From NCBI GenBank assembly GCA_043812155.1, contig JBDRMK010000017.1:77824-141823 (forward strand): DNA of 64,000 nt, read 5' to 3'. This document shows positions 8,234 through 17,436 of the stretch, one piece after another. The notes under the pieces were generated by a model that worked only from the letters and a program-made list of their open reading frames with translations, had not been told where the DNA came from and did not search any database. The position numbers and the translations under genes were made by a program. This DNA is from Patescibacteria group bacterium. GTDB taxonomy: Bacteria; Patescibacteriota; Patescibacteriia; JAXHNJ01. Each line of letters begins with the position of its first letter. Position 1 is the stretch's first letter.

Positions 8234-9682
8234 TTACTCCATCACCAAACTTCCGTCATCATTAAGGTTCACCATCGCCCATTCAACCTGGCTGGTACCG
8301 ATATTATAATAGACCAAGCCAAGGTATGAATCCTGCTTTAAAGCGCGGAAAATATTTTCCAGTTGCCAGGCGACATAGGCCGATTGATCTCCTTCCGGCA
8401 GAATCCGGCTAAGCACGAATTTTAGGAATATTTTCAAGTATATGGAGTCTTCTTTGTTTTGGCGGAAATTATCGGCTAAAACCTTGGGATCAACGCCGGG
8501 CTTTTGTTTTATTAGAATTGGGAATATTTCTTTTTCAAAAATTTCCTGGACAAAAGGGTCTGAAATGATATTTTTCAATTCCCCTGTCCGGGCCAGAATA
8601 ATAAGGCAGGCGGCGGCGACATTCGGCTCTTTATCGCGGTAAGCGTCAAAAAAATAATTTTTCAGCTTTTCAAACTCGCCTTTTGAAGCGCTAACAATAT
8701 TACTTTCTTCGGCGCTAATTTGCTTTAAAAGAGGTTCGTTTTCCGCCGCTGTTTTATTAAGCTTTTCCCGAATAGAGTCCGTTTCCGAGAGTTTATCTTC
8801 TTTTACTCCTTCTTCTTCTTTAACGGTAGGCTTAGTAGATACGGGAGTAGGAGTAAAAGAAGATAATGATTCCTCTTTTTGGCCGCCGAGGTTAAGTGAG
8901 GCTAAAGCTTTTTCCCTAACGGCTATAATAGTATTAATTTTATTCTCGTCAAATTTCAACGGCTGGAAGACGCCGCCGATAATATTACCCTGATGTCCTT
9001 CATCGTCTATGGGAATAGCCTCCTCCAATCCTTCAAGCGTCAAAGAAGAAAGTTTTAATTTTTCATAAAATTTAATTACCTGCTCAACTTTCTTTTTGTC
9101 TTCCGGCGGCAGACTCTTAGTGTTCGTATCGGTAAAAAGATATTCCGTCACTTTGATCAAGGAAATAACTTCGTTGCCCAAAATTGACCGATAGGCAAGA
9201 ATCCAGTTACCGACCGTGGGGGGCAAAAGACGGCCATTGACTTCAATGTCTTTTTGGGTGAGTTTTTCGGCATTTCTCTCTAAAGCCTCTTTGACTCTTT
9301 TTTTAAATTCATCGCGTATATCCAATGGGAAAATAAACAATAGGCGGGCACGGAAACTATCTTCTAAATAATAATCAGACATGGAAAAAATCGCCGTCAG
9401 ATGCTTTCCAAACATTTCCACCACGTCATCTTCTTTTAGGAGACTTAAGGCGACCCAAGAAGCCCGGACGATCATTTCCCGCACTTTCTCGTAAATATCC
9501 GGGTAATCCAAGACAAACGACGGGTAATCTTTAAAAGCCTGGGTAAGATTGGCGGCAAACAGAAGCGCGTCTTCGGTCTGGCTAAAAGTAATAATCTCCT
9601 CAAGCTTCCGGGCAAGTTTCTGCGAGAAAGCTGGAACCGTTAGTTTTTCGACGATTAATTTGGTGTCCGCGTTGATAATCAT
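8234..9682 (-). CDS. Hypothetical protein, 482 aa, last gene of the giant-protein operon.
   Basis: 4-bp overlap with the upstream membrane-protein gene. No recognisable motif. Confidence 0.5.
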   Translation of the reverse strand: MIINADTKLIVEKLTVPAFSQKLARKLEEIITFSQTEDALLFAANLTQAFKDYPSFVLDYPDIYEKVREMIVRASWVALSLLKEDDVVEMFGKHLTAIFSMSDYYLEDSFRARLLFIFPLDIRDEFKKRVKEALERNAEKLTQKDIEVNGRLLPPTVGNWILAYRSILGNEVISLIKVTEYLFTDTNTKSLPPEDKKKVEQVIKFYEKLKLSSLTLEGLEEAIPIDDEGHQGNIIGGVFQPLKFDENKINTIIAVREKALASLNLGGQKEESLSSFTPTPVSTKPTVKEEEGVKEDKLSETDSIREKLNKTAAENEPLLKQISAEESNIVSASKGEFEKLKNYFFDAYRDKEPNVAAACLIILARTGELKNIISDPFVQEIFEKEIFPILIKQKPGVDPKVLADNFRQNKEDSIYLKIFLKFVLSRILPEGDQSAYVAWQLENIFRALKQDSYLGLVYYNIGTSQVEWAMVNLNDDGSLVME

Positions 9683-12600
9683 GTGTTATGAAATTTATCA
9701 GGATAAAGCTCTTTTGTTGAGCCTATAACGTCCGACAATTCCTTTGCTTCCTCCTGTATTTCGTCGGCGTTCCTTTTGGCGTATAATTTTAACTCTTCAA
9801 TAAATTTCAGAAAAGCCTGCTGTTCGGTCAAAAGCCCATACTTCTCTAAATCTTTATACTTTTTTGCATTTTTCATATTATTATCCAAGGTTAAAGCCAA
9901 TTGCTTAAGGATAATCGTGTTTGCGTCGCTGGATAAATGCTGGGCGGCGCTTTTGTTATAACGGTTGCGAGGAAAATTATTCAAGATACCCTGCCAATTA
10001 TTCATCAGCAAAGCCAAGCCCATCCCGCCGACGATATGAAAACGTTTGCCTGTTTTCGGATCTATTCTTTCTCCGCCATAGCCCAAGCGGTTGGATCTAC
10101 GGATAATGGTCTCGGGATCGCGTTTGGCCATTTCAATCATGTTGCGCGCCTCCTGCTCATGCGGATCACGGGCCCGGTAACGGCCGTTTTTCACCCCGAC
10201 GCTCTGGCCAAAAGTCCAATGATCAATGTTTTCGGCCATATTAGATAAATCATTCTGCAGGGCAAGCGCTTCCTGCGTCGGACTGCCAAGCTGTTTCATC
10301 ACAATCTGTTTCATAAAATCGGTCAAACCCTGCTGATTGGAATCAAAATAAAGCCCTTTTTGTTTCGCTTCCCAGCCTTTTGCCGCCTCTTCGGCCGTGA
10401 CTGAACGATCTTCTTTGTATTGAGTTGCGTTCAAAATTTCATTCAAGTGGCCGACCCGGGCGGACTGCATCAGAACGCCGTTGGCCCGGATACGGTCTTT
10501 ATTTTTCAGCGCGTCTTTAAACATATAGATCAATTCGTCCTCATTTGTCGTATCTAATTTATTCATTTCTTCCCGTTCCAAAAGCCTCCGGGCGCGCAAA
10601 GAATAAAAAGCCTGCGGCCCCATGGCTCCCACTTTTTTATCTTCCAAGCGGGAGATATTATCACGAATTTTTTTCATTTCTTCCTCATGAGATTTTTTGT
10701 CCTCAGGGCTAACCGGATTAGTCGCTAATTTCACATCCAACTCCTTTACCTCATCCTGCATTTTTTTATGCTCTTCGGCCATATCGCCCCGCCAATCCTC
10801 GGTAAAATTCCACTTAGGGTCAAGGGTGATGGGGGCGGTCAGACTGTTGGCCAGATCGCCCTGCAATTGGGTCATTTTTTCCCTGGCTCTTTTTTGCCGG
10901 TCATTTCCGTCCGTCCCGCCCATTTTTATCGCTTCGGCGATTGCCTGTTTTTCCTTATCAATATCCTCGGAGATTTTAATCTGCGGCGCGTATTTTTTAC
11001 TCAATTCTGCGTGCAGTTTTTCCGCCTCCATCGCCCGCTCGTTCAATTTACTTTTTTCTTCGGGTTTATCCTTTGTCTTTGCCTCATCCCGCCAAGACTT
11101 TATCATTTCCGGCAATCTTCTTATATTTTCCATCAGCGCCGCGCTAAAACCTTTTTTCAACTCCTGGCTCATGCTATTAGGATCAAGGGTATTTGATTTA
11201 TTGTTAATAAATTCATCCAAGGCTTTCATGTCGCCCTCTTTATCTTTTTTCTCATCCTGCATTTTTTTATGTTCATCATGCGTATAAAAACCCCCTTTTT
11301 TTTCTATTTCTTCAACCTTTCCATTTTCTTTATCAATTTCGGCTTGTATACCTTTAACACGTGTATCGCCACCCATCAACGAGCGGGGCAAGCGGTTAAA
11401 AACCCCTCTCCAGCCTAAAAAAGCCTCCGCTGAATCGCGCGGCGCGCCGAGCATGCCGCCGATGGTTCCCAAAACACCGCCTTTTTGCAGCATCTGGCCG
11501 GCTCGGCCCTGGCCCACAATTTCCCGATCGCGGGTTTTTTTCTCCCGGGCCTCCTGAATGCCCTTCCAGATGCGCTTCGGGCTTAAACCGATCCCCGTTC
11601 TTTCGTGCAGACGACTTTCGCCGTAGCCGAGTAGAGATCTAATTGGCTTTATACGAGAGGCGATTCCTAGTCCGATTGCGCCGCCGGCCAATCCGGCCGC
11701 GCCTAAGGTCGCCGCCTTGCGCAAAAGCCCGCCGGTTTTATTCTGCGCCCAGGATATGGCAGAGCCGCCGGCTACCCCCATCTGCTGGCCCATCATCAGG
11801 GCGCCGATAAGCAAGGAAATGGAAATAATATAGCTTAAGAGCCGGTCAGAAGAAGAAACTTCGGAAATAGTGGTGTAAAATTTATTGGCGGTCGCCGAAC
11901 CTGGCTGTGGAGAACCACTTTCAATCACGGCCGGCTGCTCTATGCTCATCGCGTCCGGGCTCACATTCAACTCCTTTTGCGCTAAACTTTGGTCAGCGCC
12001 GCGGGTGGTCATGATCGTCAGGGCCAGCCAGAGGAAAAAAGCGAGCATCGGTCCGCCGGTCAGATTTTTCCCGAAATCGCCCCACCAGCGGGAAGCGAAT
12101 TTTTCCCCGCCCCCCGGCCAGGTCTTCAAGAGAAAAGCGACCGGCGATAAAACGATCAAAACCCAAAGCCAGATAATGCGCATCAGAAGAACCAAAGTGA
12201 TGGCGATCATGACGATCAAAGCGATGGTCACTAAAAGCAGAGCTAAAAGCAAAGAACCAATGATATCCTTGAATTCATACGTCTGGTCGCCGGCCAGCGT
12301 GATCTGAAGCATCTCTTTTATCCCGAGGGCGTTGGCGAAAGTCCCGGCCGCCACCCCGGAAAAAGCGTTGACAAAAGTCAGCATGATCACCTGGAAAATA
12401 TCAATGAAAAAGCCGCAGATAAATTTGGAGAAATTGATCAAAAAAGCCATCAGGATCAGGCGGCCGAGCATCTTATTGTAGCGGTAGGTTTCCCATTTCA
12501 GGATAGTGCCAAAAGCCATCATCAGCAGAATCCCGATAAAGAACATATTGCAGACGTCTCGGGTGATGACCCAGCCTTTGACCACGGCCGTGGCATTAGT

Positions 12601-12843
12601 AAAATCGTTGTATGAGGCGACCGCCACCAGCATCTGGATGACCGCCACCAGAAGTTTGGCAAACAAAACCAGAATGGCGTACAAAAGCCAGCCGATCGCT
12701 TTGCCGAACAGCTCGGAAATATCTATCAGGGCGTGCGCGCTCTGCGGCCAAAAGAGACCGGCCGCCACCACCACCGTAAGAAGAAGGGCGGTCGGCAGGA
12801 TTATTTTCGCTTTTTTTGTTTTAGGAAAAATCATGTTGATCAC
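9679..12843 (-). CDS. Large polytopic membrane protein with a long charged coiled-coil C-terminal half; VirB6/TrbL-like by topology and context.
   Basis: At least seven hydrophobic helices in the first ~300 aa, then a Gly-rich and Lys/Glu-rich coiled-coil region. 4-bp overlaps with both neighbouring genes. Confidence 0.5.
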   Translation of the reverse strand: MINMIFPKTKKAKIILPTALLLTVVVAAGLFWPQSAHALIDISELFGKAIGWLLYAILVLFAKLLVAVIQMLVAVASYNDFTNATAVVKGWVITRDVCNMFFIGILLMMAFGTILKWETYRYNKMLGRLILMAFLINFSKFICGFFIDIFQVIMLTFVNAFSGVAAGTFANALGIKEMLQITLAGDQTYEFKDIIGSLLLALLLVTIALIVMIAITLVLLMRIIWLWVLIVLSPVAFLLKTWPGGGEKFASRWWGDFGKNLTGGPMLAFFLWLALTIMTTRGADQSLAQKELNVSPDAMSIEQPAVIESGSPQPGSATANKFYTTISEVSSSDRLLSYIISISLLIGALMMGQQMGVAGGSAISWAQNKTGGLLRKAATLGAAGLAGGAIGLGIASRIKPIRSLLGYGESRLHERTGIGLSPKRIWKGIQEAREKKTRDREIVGQGRAGQMLQKGGVLGTIGGMLGAPRDSAEAFLGWRGVFNRLPRSLMGGDTRVKGIQAEIDKENGKVEEIEKKGGFYTHDEHKKMQDEKKDKEGDMKALDEFINNKSNTLDPNSMSQELKKGFSAALMENIRRLPEMIKSWRDEAKTKDKPEEKSKLNERAMEAEKLHAELSKKYAPQIKISEDIDKEKQAIAEAIKMGGTDGNDRQKRAREKMTQLQGDLANSLTAPITLDPKWNFTEDWRGDMAEEHKKMQDEVKELDVKLATNPVSPEDKKSHEEEMKKIRDNISRLEDKKVGAMGPQAFYSLRARRLLEREEMNKLDTTNEDELIYMFKDALKNKDRIRANGVLMQSARVGHLNEILNATQYKEDRSVTAEEAAKGWEAKQKGLYFDSNQQGLTDFMKQIVMKQLGSPTQEALALQNDLSNMAENIDHWTFGQSVGVKNGRYRARDPHEQEARNMIEMAKRDPETIIRRSNRLGYGGERIDPKTGKRFHIVGGMGLALLMNNWQGILNNFPRNRYNKSAAQHLSSDANTIILKQLALTLDNNMKNAKKYKDLEKYGLLTEQQAFLKFIEELKLYAKRNADEIQEEAKELSDVIGSTKELYPDKFHNT

Positions 12844-15800
12844 TTAAGCTCAACGATTAATTGACCGCAAGGCCGGCCGTTGTCCATGCCGCCTGAGCAG
12901 ACTCCGTCGGAACAACTGGCGCTTACTGCGACCCCGCCGGCACTATTATATATCGGCCGGCAGGTATCCACCGGAGCCCAATTTTGGATTAAATTGTTTG
13001 CGCAAGTGAAGGCATTATCAATTCCATCATAAATTAAAGGGCAGGTCCCACCTATACAATTGAGATTGCCGGCCGGATTGCACCAGCCGCCCTCATTTGA
13101 GCCCGCCCCTTCCAAATAGGCCGGGTTTTTATTGCCGTTATGGCAGACAGAATCATACATCGTGCCCCGCTTCGGATTAGCCGAACACCAGCCCCAGTTA
13201 TCTTCCAGGAGAATGTGGATATTATAGGTACAGCCTTCGCTATTATGGCAATTGGTACCGTTATAAGTATGGGTGAATATGTGGGGATTGTTGGGATCGT
13301 CTTTGGATTTATAGCCGGCCGCCGGCGAATCTCTGGCTCCGTCGCCCCAGTCGATCCAAATGGTCCTTAAAGGCTGCTGCTCGGTGTCCACCCGGCTGTT
13401 AAAAGACAGTCTGACCTTACCGCCGTCCCGGCCCAGTCTGACCGTAGTGGAAGAACCGTCGCCTAATTTAATATTCTTGACTACCGGCGCGTAGGCGCAA
13501 AAAGTATTTTCGTTAAGAGGATCGTAAGCCGGCCGGACAGAGCTTGGACAGACGGTCACCGGCGGACCCCAAACCGGCACGAAACGCTCCTGAAGTTCAG
13601 CATTACTCCCAGAAACTAATTGATATGTATTTACGAATGGCCCGCTGGTTTGCCATTCATAAATGCCGTAACTGCGGGTAAATAAAGCCCGGATGTTTAA
13701 TTCGGCAAAAAGTTCAGCTGGCTCATTTGTCCAAACATGATAGGCATCCACTGCCTCGCAGGAGGCTTTGGTAATACGAAGCAAATCCTTGCCATGAAGC
13801 CGGTCAAAGCAATAGTATCTTTTCCTGTTGTTCCAAACATAACCGGCTCCTTCGCAGGCGGCTTGAGACGTAAGAGCGGTCTCATCACCAAGAGTAGTCG
13901 GATTTAAACACCACCAGATAGGCAGAGTAGTATTAAGATATGGCCACATATTAATAGTTTGGGAGCCGCGATAACTGCCAGCGCCGCCGGCGCAAGGCCC
14001 GAAATCAACCGGCGGCGAGGTATTCTGAACACAATCTGAATCCATGACGCAAGAAACCGCTGCCCCGGCAGGATTTTTTCGGGCGCAGCTGCCTACTCCT
14101 ATGCAGACACCCTGGGCCACAGTGGTATCGGGATATTGGCCGAGACAATCTATGTTATTAAGGCAAGCCACGCCGTCTTTATTGCCGCCGCCCCAGCAGA
14201 TCCGCTTGGAGCAATCGCCGACGCAGGCGTAAGACTTGCCGGCCCGCACCTGAAAAGGAGACTCCGGAAAATTATAAGTATCCGCTTCTTCCGCTGACAA
14301 AGTCGGCCAGACGGCCGGATCGCCGCCTTCAGTCACCGCGCCGCCATATGGGGTAAAATCCGTGGTCAGGGAATAATTCAATTGCGGCACTTTATAACCG
14401 CTGGAATTTATTTTTCCGGCCCAGGCCGCGTTCTCGCCCCCTTCAGTCACCACTTCAACCAATTTCGTGCAAAATTCCTTAGGATAAAAGGTTAAACGGG
14501 AAATATAGAAAACGGCGTTACCTCCCAATAAATCATTATCATCTTTCATTATCATAACCGCCTTATCAAAGCCGCCGATACTATTAAATTGTAATTGGAT
14601 GCCCCCGGCAAAATTAAAAGAATTTGGACAACAAATGCCGTTAATGCCTCGCCCGCAACTGTTTGCCAGAGAATTAGGATCAGCCCAATCCTGGCTAAGC
14701 AACAACTGCTTGTTTTCCGCGCTGCATGTTCCTTCACTTACCCAGCCAGACCAATTATTGGCCGCGTTGAATTCAAAAGCGCCGTTTGCATTGGAAGAAT
14801 GATCAAAAGTATAAGACGCTGTGACTTTAATAGTGTTATCCTTCAACAAATACTTGCTATAATCTTTGCCCGGCGTAGACGCGGTATAATAACGTAAGTG
14901 ACCGCATTGGGCCGGACTACCGTCGCCGTAGATAAAATATTTTATCATGTGTGAACCATCATGGACTCCATAACAAAAGGCCGAACCATTTAAATCGCAA
15001 TTTTCATGACACTCTTCATTAGAATTGTCAGATGCGCAATAATAATTGCCGCCAGACCAAGATTGCCACACTGTGCCATTGGCTGGAATATCCTGACAAT
15101 AGACCTGCGGCTTTTGCGCCCCTAAAACTCCTAAAGATTCAGCGCAGTAATACAAGGGTGTGCGGCCGGAATAGCCCGCGGTTTCTTCCGCGCCGAATAG
15201 ATTGGATTCGCCGTAAAGGATATCCACCGGCCACCAGGAGAGGCAGAGGCTTTCGTTATCAGGATCGCGCTGCAGGCAATAGCCGCGCCAGCCCCGCTGG
15301 TAAATGCCGTTGCTGTCGTAATATTCGCAGGAAGGCGCGTCCTCCTGAGGGTAAAGCCGGCAGCTGCGATTCAGGAAAACTCCGGCTCCCACCTGCAGGA
15401 CCGGCTCAATTTTTATTTCATCCACGTAAAAAGGCTGGGCGCTGCCTTCAACCGCATAAATATCCAGATAAGTGTAGGCGCCGCCGACGCCAGGCGCTGC
15501 CGGAGTGGTAATATACTGCCAGCCGCTGGTCAAAGTATAAGTGCCCAAAACGCTTACTTTCGGGTTATTGCCGCCCGAATTTAAAGAGAATCTCACTTTC
15601 TGCGGGTCGGAATTTTCGGATTTTATCTTCAGGTTAACGGCATATTTAGAAGAAACGCTGGTGTCGCCGGAAGCTTGCACTCTGACGCCCTGATTTAAGC
15701 TGTCCATATCGCCTATCTTTAAGACGTAATTGCTTTTTTTATCCTTAGCGGCCGGATCCTCAACGATCTCGATAGTGGTAGGATTGGTCGCCACATTAGG

Positions 15801-17423
15801 ATATTTAGTGAAATTAGTCCATTTTTTTATATCATAGTTGTAACTCGTATCCTCAAAATCATAATTTTTAATCCTTACTTTTTCGCCTACTTCTGTCATG
15901 GCCGACCAGGGATAATAGCCCCTGACCAAGGGACTGCCGGCCTGATACTGCCAGTCAAGACCGGCGATAACCGAACCGGAAAGCCATTTTAACTGGTTGA
16001 TCTCATCCGGGGTGCGGTAGGTCATTTCCTCCTGGGGCAGATCAACATAGCTTGAGCATTGGTTTGATTTGTTCAATGAAGTGCAGGCGGTCAAATTCAA
16101 GCAAAGCTCTTCCGTTTGATTGGTTTTTGGATCTTTTTGTTCGATACCCGTGTTGCAGGTCAGCCACTTGGCGCATTCCCGGTCTTTTTTCACTTTTAAA
16201 ATGACGTTGGCGTCGCAGCGCGGATAAGTGCCGTAGCAGCCGGCCAGGGCCGGACTATTAAAAAGACCGTCGTCCTCGCACCGCGCCTGGCCGGAGCAAG
16301 TGCCGGGCTGGCAATCGCTATCCACGGCGCAGGCCTGGCCGTCGTTCGGTCCGCCGACGCAAACCGGGCAATCAGCGTCAGTCACGCAAGAAACAGCCGA
16401 ATTGCTGGCGCAGCTCCGGTAGCAATCAACGCGGTTGCACTGGTAAGGATCGCCGGTAAGACCCGGGTCCTGGGAACAGACTCCGCCCGGCTGGCAGGTC
16501 TGGCCGGAAGCGCAGATGAAACCGCAGTGCTCACAGTTGGAAACCAAGGTGGCTGTGCCCACGTCGCAATACAATCCGGTTGGCGAGCATTCGCCGATGG
16601 GGATATTGCCGTCGCACTGGCCGGTGGTAAAGACCCGGTCGCCGCCCGAAGAAGTGACAAAAGAAAATTCGCCGCTTTGAGAGGAATTGCCGGCTTCGTC
16701 AAAAGCCTGCACCCGGTAAAAATAAGTGGCGCCAGGCACCAAAGCCAAGGCCGTGGCCGGAGGCAAATGCAAAGTATGGACCACGATATAAGGGCCGGCG
16801 TTGTCATTGGCCCGGTTTTCCAGAGGCAAATAAGCGTCAAAGTTCGGCGAGGAAGTGGCGCCGTAGGCGATGGCCACATGGGCTTCTTCGCTGGTATAAA
16901 TTTCGACATCGGCATCGGTGTCATTAGCTCCCACCCGGATAAATGTAATAAAGGGAGCGTCTTTGTCCGCGCTGCCGCCCGGAGTGACAAAAGGCCGGTC
17001 GACGCTTGTTTTTTCTTCGCCTTTATCCGTTTTGGAAACGACCTGATAATGATAAGTGGTATTGGCTTTCAAGCCGCCGATGGAAACGCGGTGAGTTTTT
17101 ACATAATCCGCCTGATGGCAGGTATCGCAGGTGAAATCATTATAATTAGTGTCGGTTCCTATTCTCACCGTAGAATCCGCTAAAAGATTGGTGTCCCAAA
17201 CAATGGTCACGGAAGTTGAGGTCAAAGAGCTTAGATGAATATTGGTAATATAAAGAGAGGTGGTCTGGGCGCGGGCTGACGGAATGGGAAAGACCATAGC
17301 GCTCTTAAGCTGGGTAAAAGAAAAATTTACAGACCAGGCGGAAAAGACCAAGGCAAAAACAAAACTCAAGGCGAAAAACGCCATTTTCGGCCGGAGTTTA
17401 AATTTTTCTTTCATTTTTATCAT
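12840..17423 (-). CDS. Giant secreted cysteine-rich protein, 1527 aa (signal peptide, FN3/PAP-N-like and PKD-like domains, EGF-like Cys repeats).
   Basis: N-terminal hydrophobic signal. Motifs VTIVWDTN...TTYHYQV (FN3-like) and WIDWGDGARDS...FTHTYN (PKD-like). Many CxxC-rich stretches. Confidence 0.7.
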   Translation of the reverse strand: MIKMKEKFKLRPKMAFFALSFVFALVFSAWSVNFSFTQLKSAMVFPIPSARAQTTSLYITNIHLSSLTSTSVTIVWDTNLLADSTVRIGTDTNYNDFTCDTCHQADYVKTHRVSIGGLKANTTYHYQVVSKTDKGEEKTSVDRPFVTPGGSADKDAPFITFIRVGANDTDADVEIYTSEEAHVAIAYGATSSPNFDAYLPLENRANDNAGPYIVVHTLHLPPATALALVPGATYFYRVQAFDEAGNSSQSGEFSFVTSSGGDRVFTTGQCDGNIPIGECSPTGLYCDVGTATLVSNCEHCGFICASGQTCQPGGVCSQDPGLTGDPYQCNRVDCYRSCASNSAVSCVTDADCPVCVGGPNDGQACAVDSDCQPGTCSGQARCEDDGLFNSPALAGCYGTYPRCDANVILKVKKDRECAKWLTCNTGIEQKDPKTNQTEELCLNLTACTSLNKSNQCSSYVDLPQEEMTYRTPDEINQLKWLSGSVIAGLDWQYQAGSPLVRGYYPWSAMTEVGEKVRIKNYDFEDTSYNYDIKKWTNFTKYPNVATNPTTIEIVEDPAAKDKKSNYVLKIGDMDSLNQGVRVQASGDTSVSSKYAVNLKIKSENSDPQKVRFSLNSGGNNPKVSVLGTYTLTSGWQYITTPAAPGVGGAYTYLDIYAVEGSAQPFYVDEIKIEPVLQVGAGVFLNRSCRLYPQEDAPSCEYYDSNGIYQRGWRGYCLQRDPDNESLCLSWWPVDILYGESNLFGAEETAGYSGRTPLYYCAESLGVLGAQKPQVYCQDIPANGTVWQSWSGGNYYCASDNSNEECHENCDLNGSAFCYGVHDGSHMIKYFIYGDGSPAQCGHLRYYTASTPGKDYSKYLLKDNTIKVTASYTFDHSSNANGAFEFNAANNWSGWVSEGTCSAENKQLLLSQDWADPNSLANSCGRGINGICCPNSFNFAGGIQLQFNSIGGFDKAVMIMKDDNDLLGGNAVFYISRLTFYPKEFCTKLVEVVTEGGENAAWAGKINSSGYKVPQLNYSLTTDFTPYGGAVTEGGDPAVWPTLSAEEADTYNFPESPFQVRAGKSYACVGDCSKRICWGGGNKDGVACLNNIDCLGQYPDTTVAQGVCIGVGSCARKNPAGAAVSCVMDSDCVQNTSPPVDFGPCAGGAGSYRGSQTINMWPYLNTTLPIWWCLNPTTLGDETALTSQAACEGAGYVWNNRKRYYCFDRLHGKDLLRITKASCEAVDAYHVWTNEPAELFAELNIRALFTRSYGIYEWQTSGPFVNTYQLVSGSNAELQERFVPVWGPPVTVCPSSVRPAYDPLNENTFCAYAPVVKNIKLGDGSSTTVRLGRDGGKVRLSFNSRVDTEQQPLRTIWIDWGDGARDSPAAGYKSKDDPNNPHIFTHTYNGTNCHNSEGCTYNIHILLEDNWGWCSANPKRGTMYDSVCHNGNKNPAYLEGAGSNEGGWCNPAGNLNCIGGTCPLIYDGIDNAFTCANNLIQNWAPVDTCRPIYNSAGGVAVSASCSDGVCSGGMDNGRPCGQLIVELK

Positions 17424-17436
17424 AATTATTTGATCG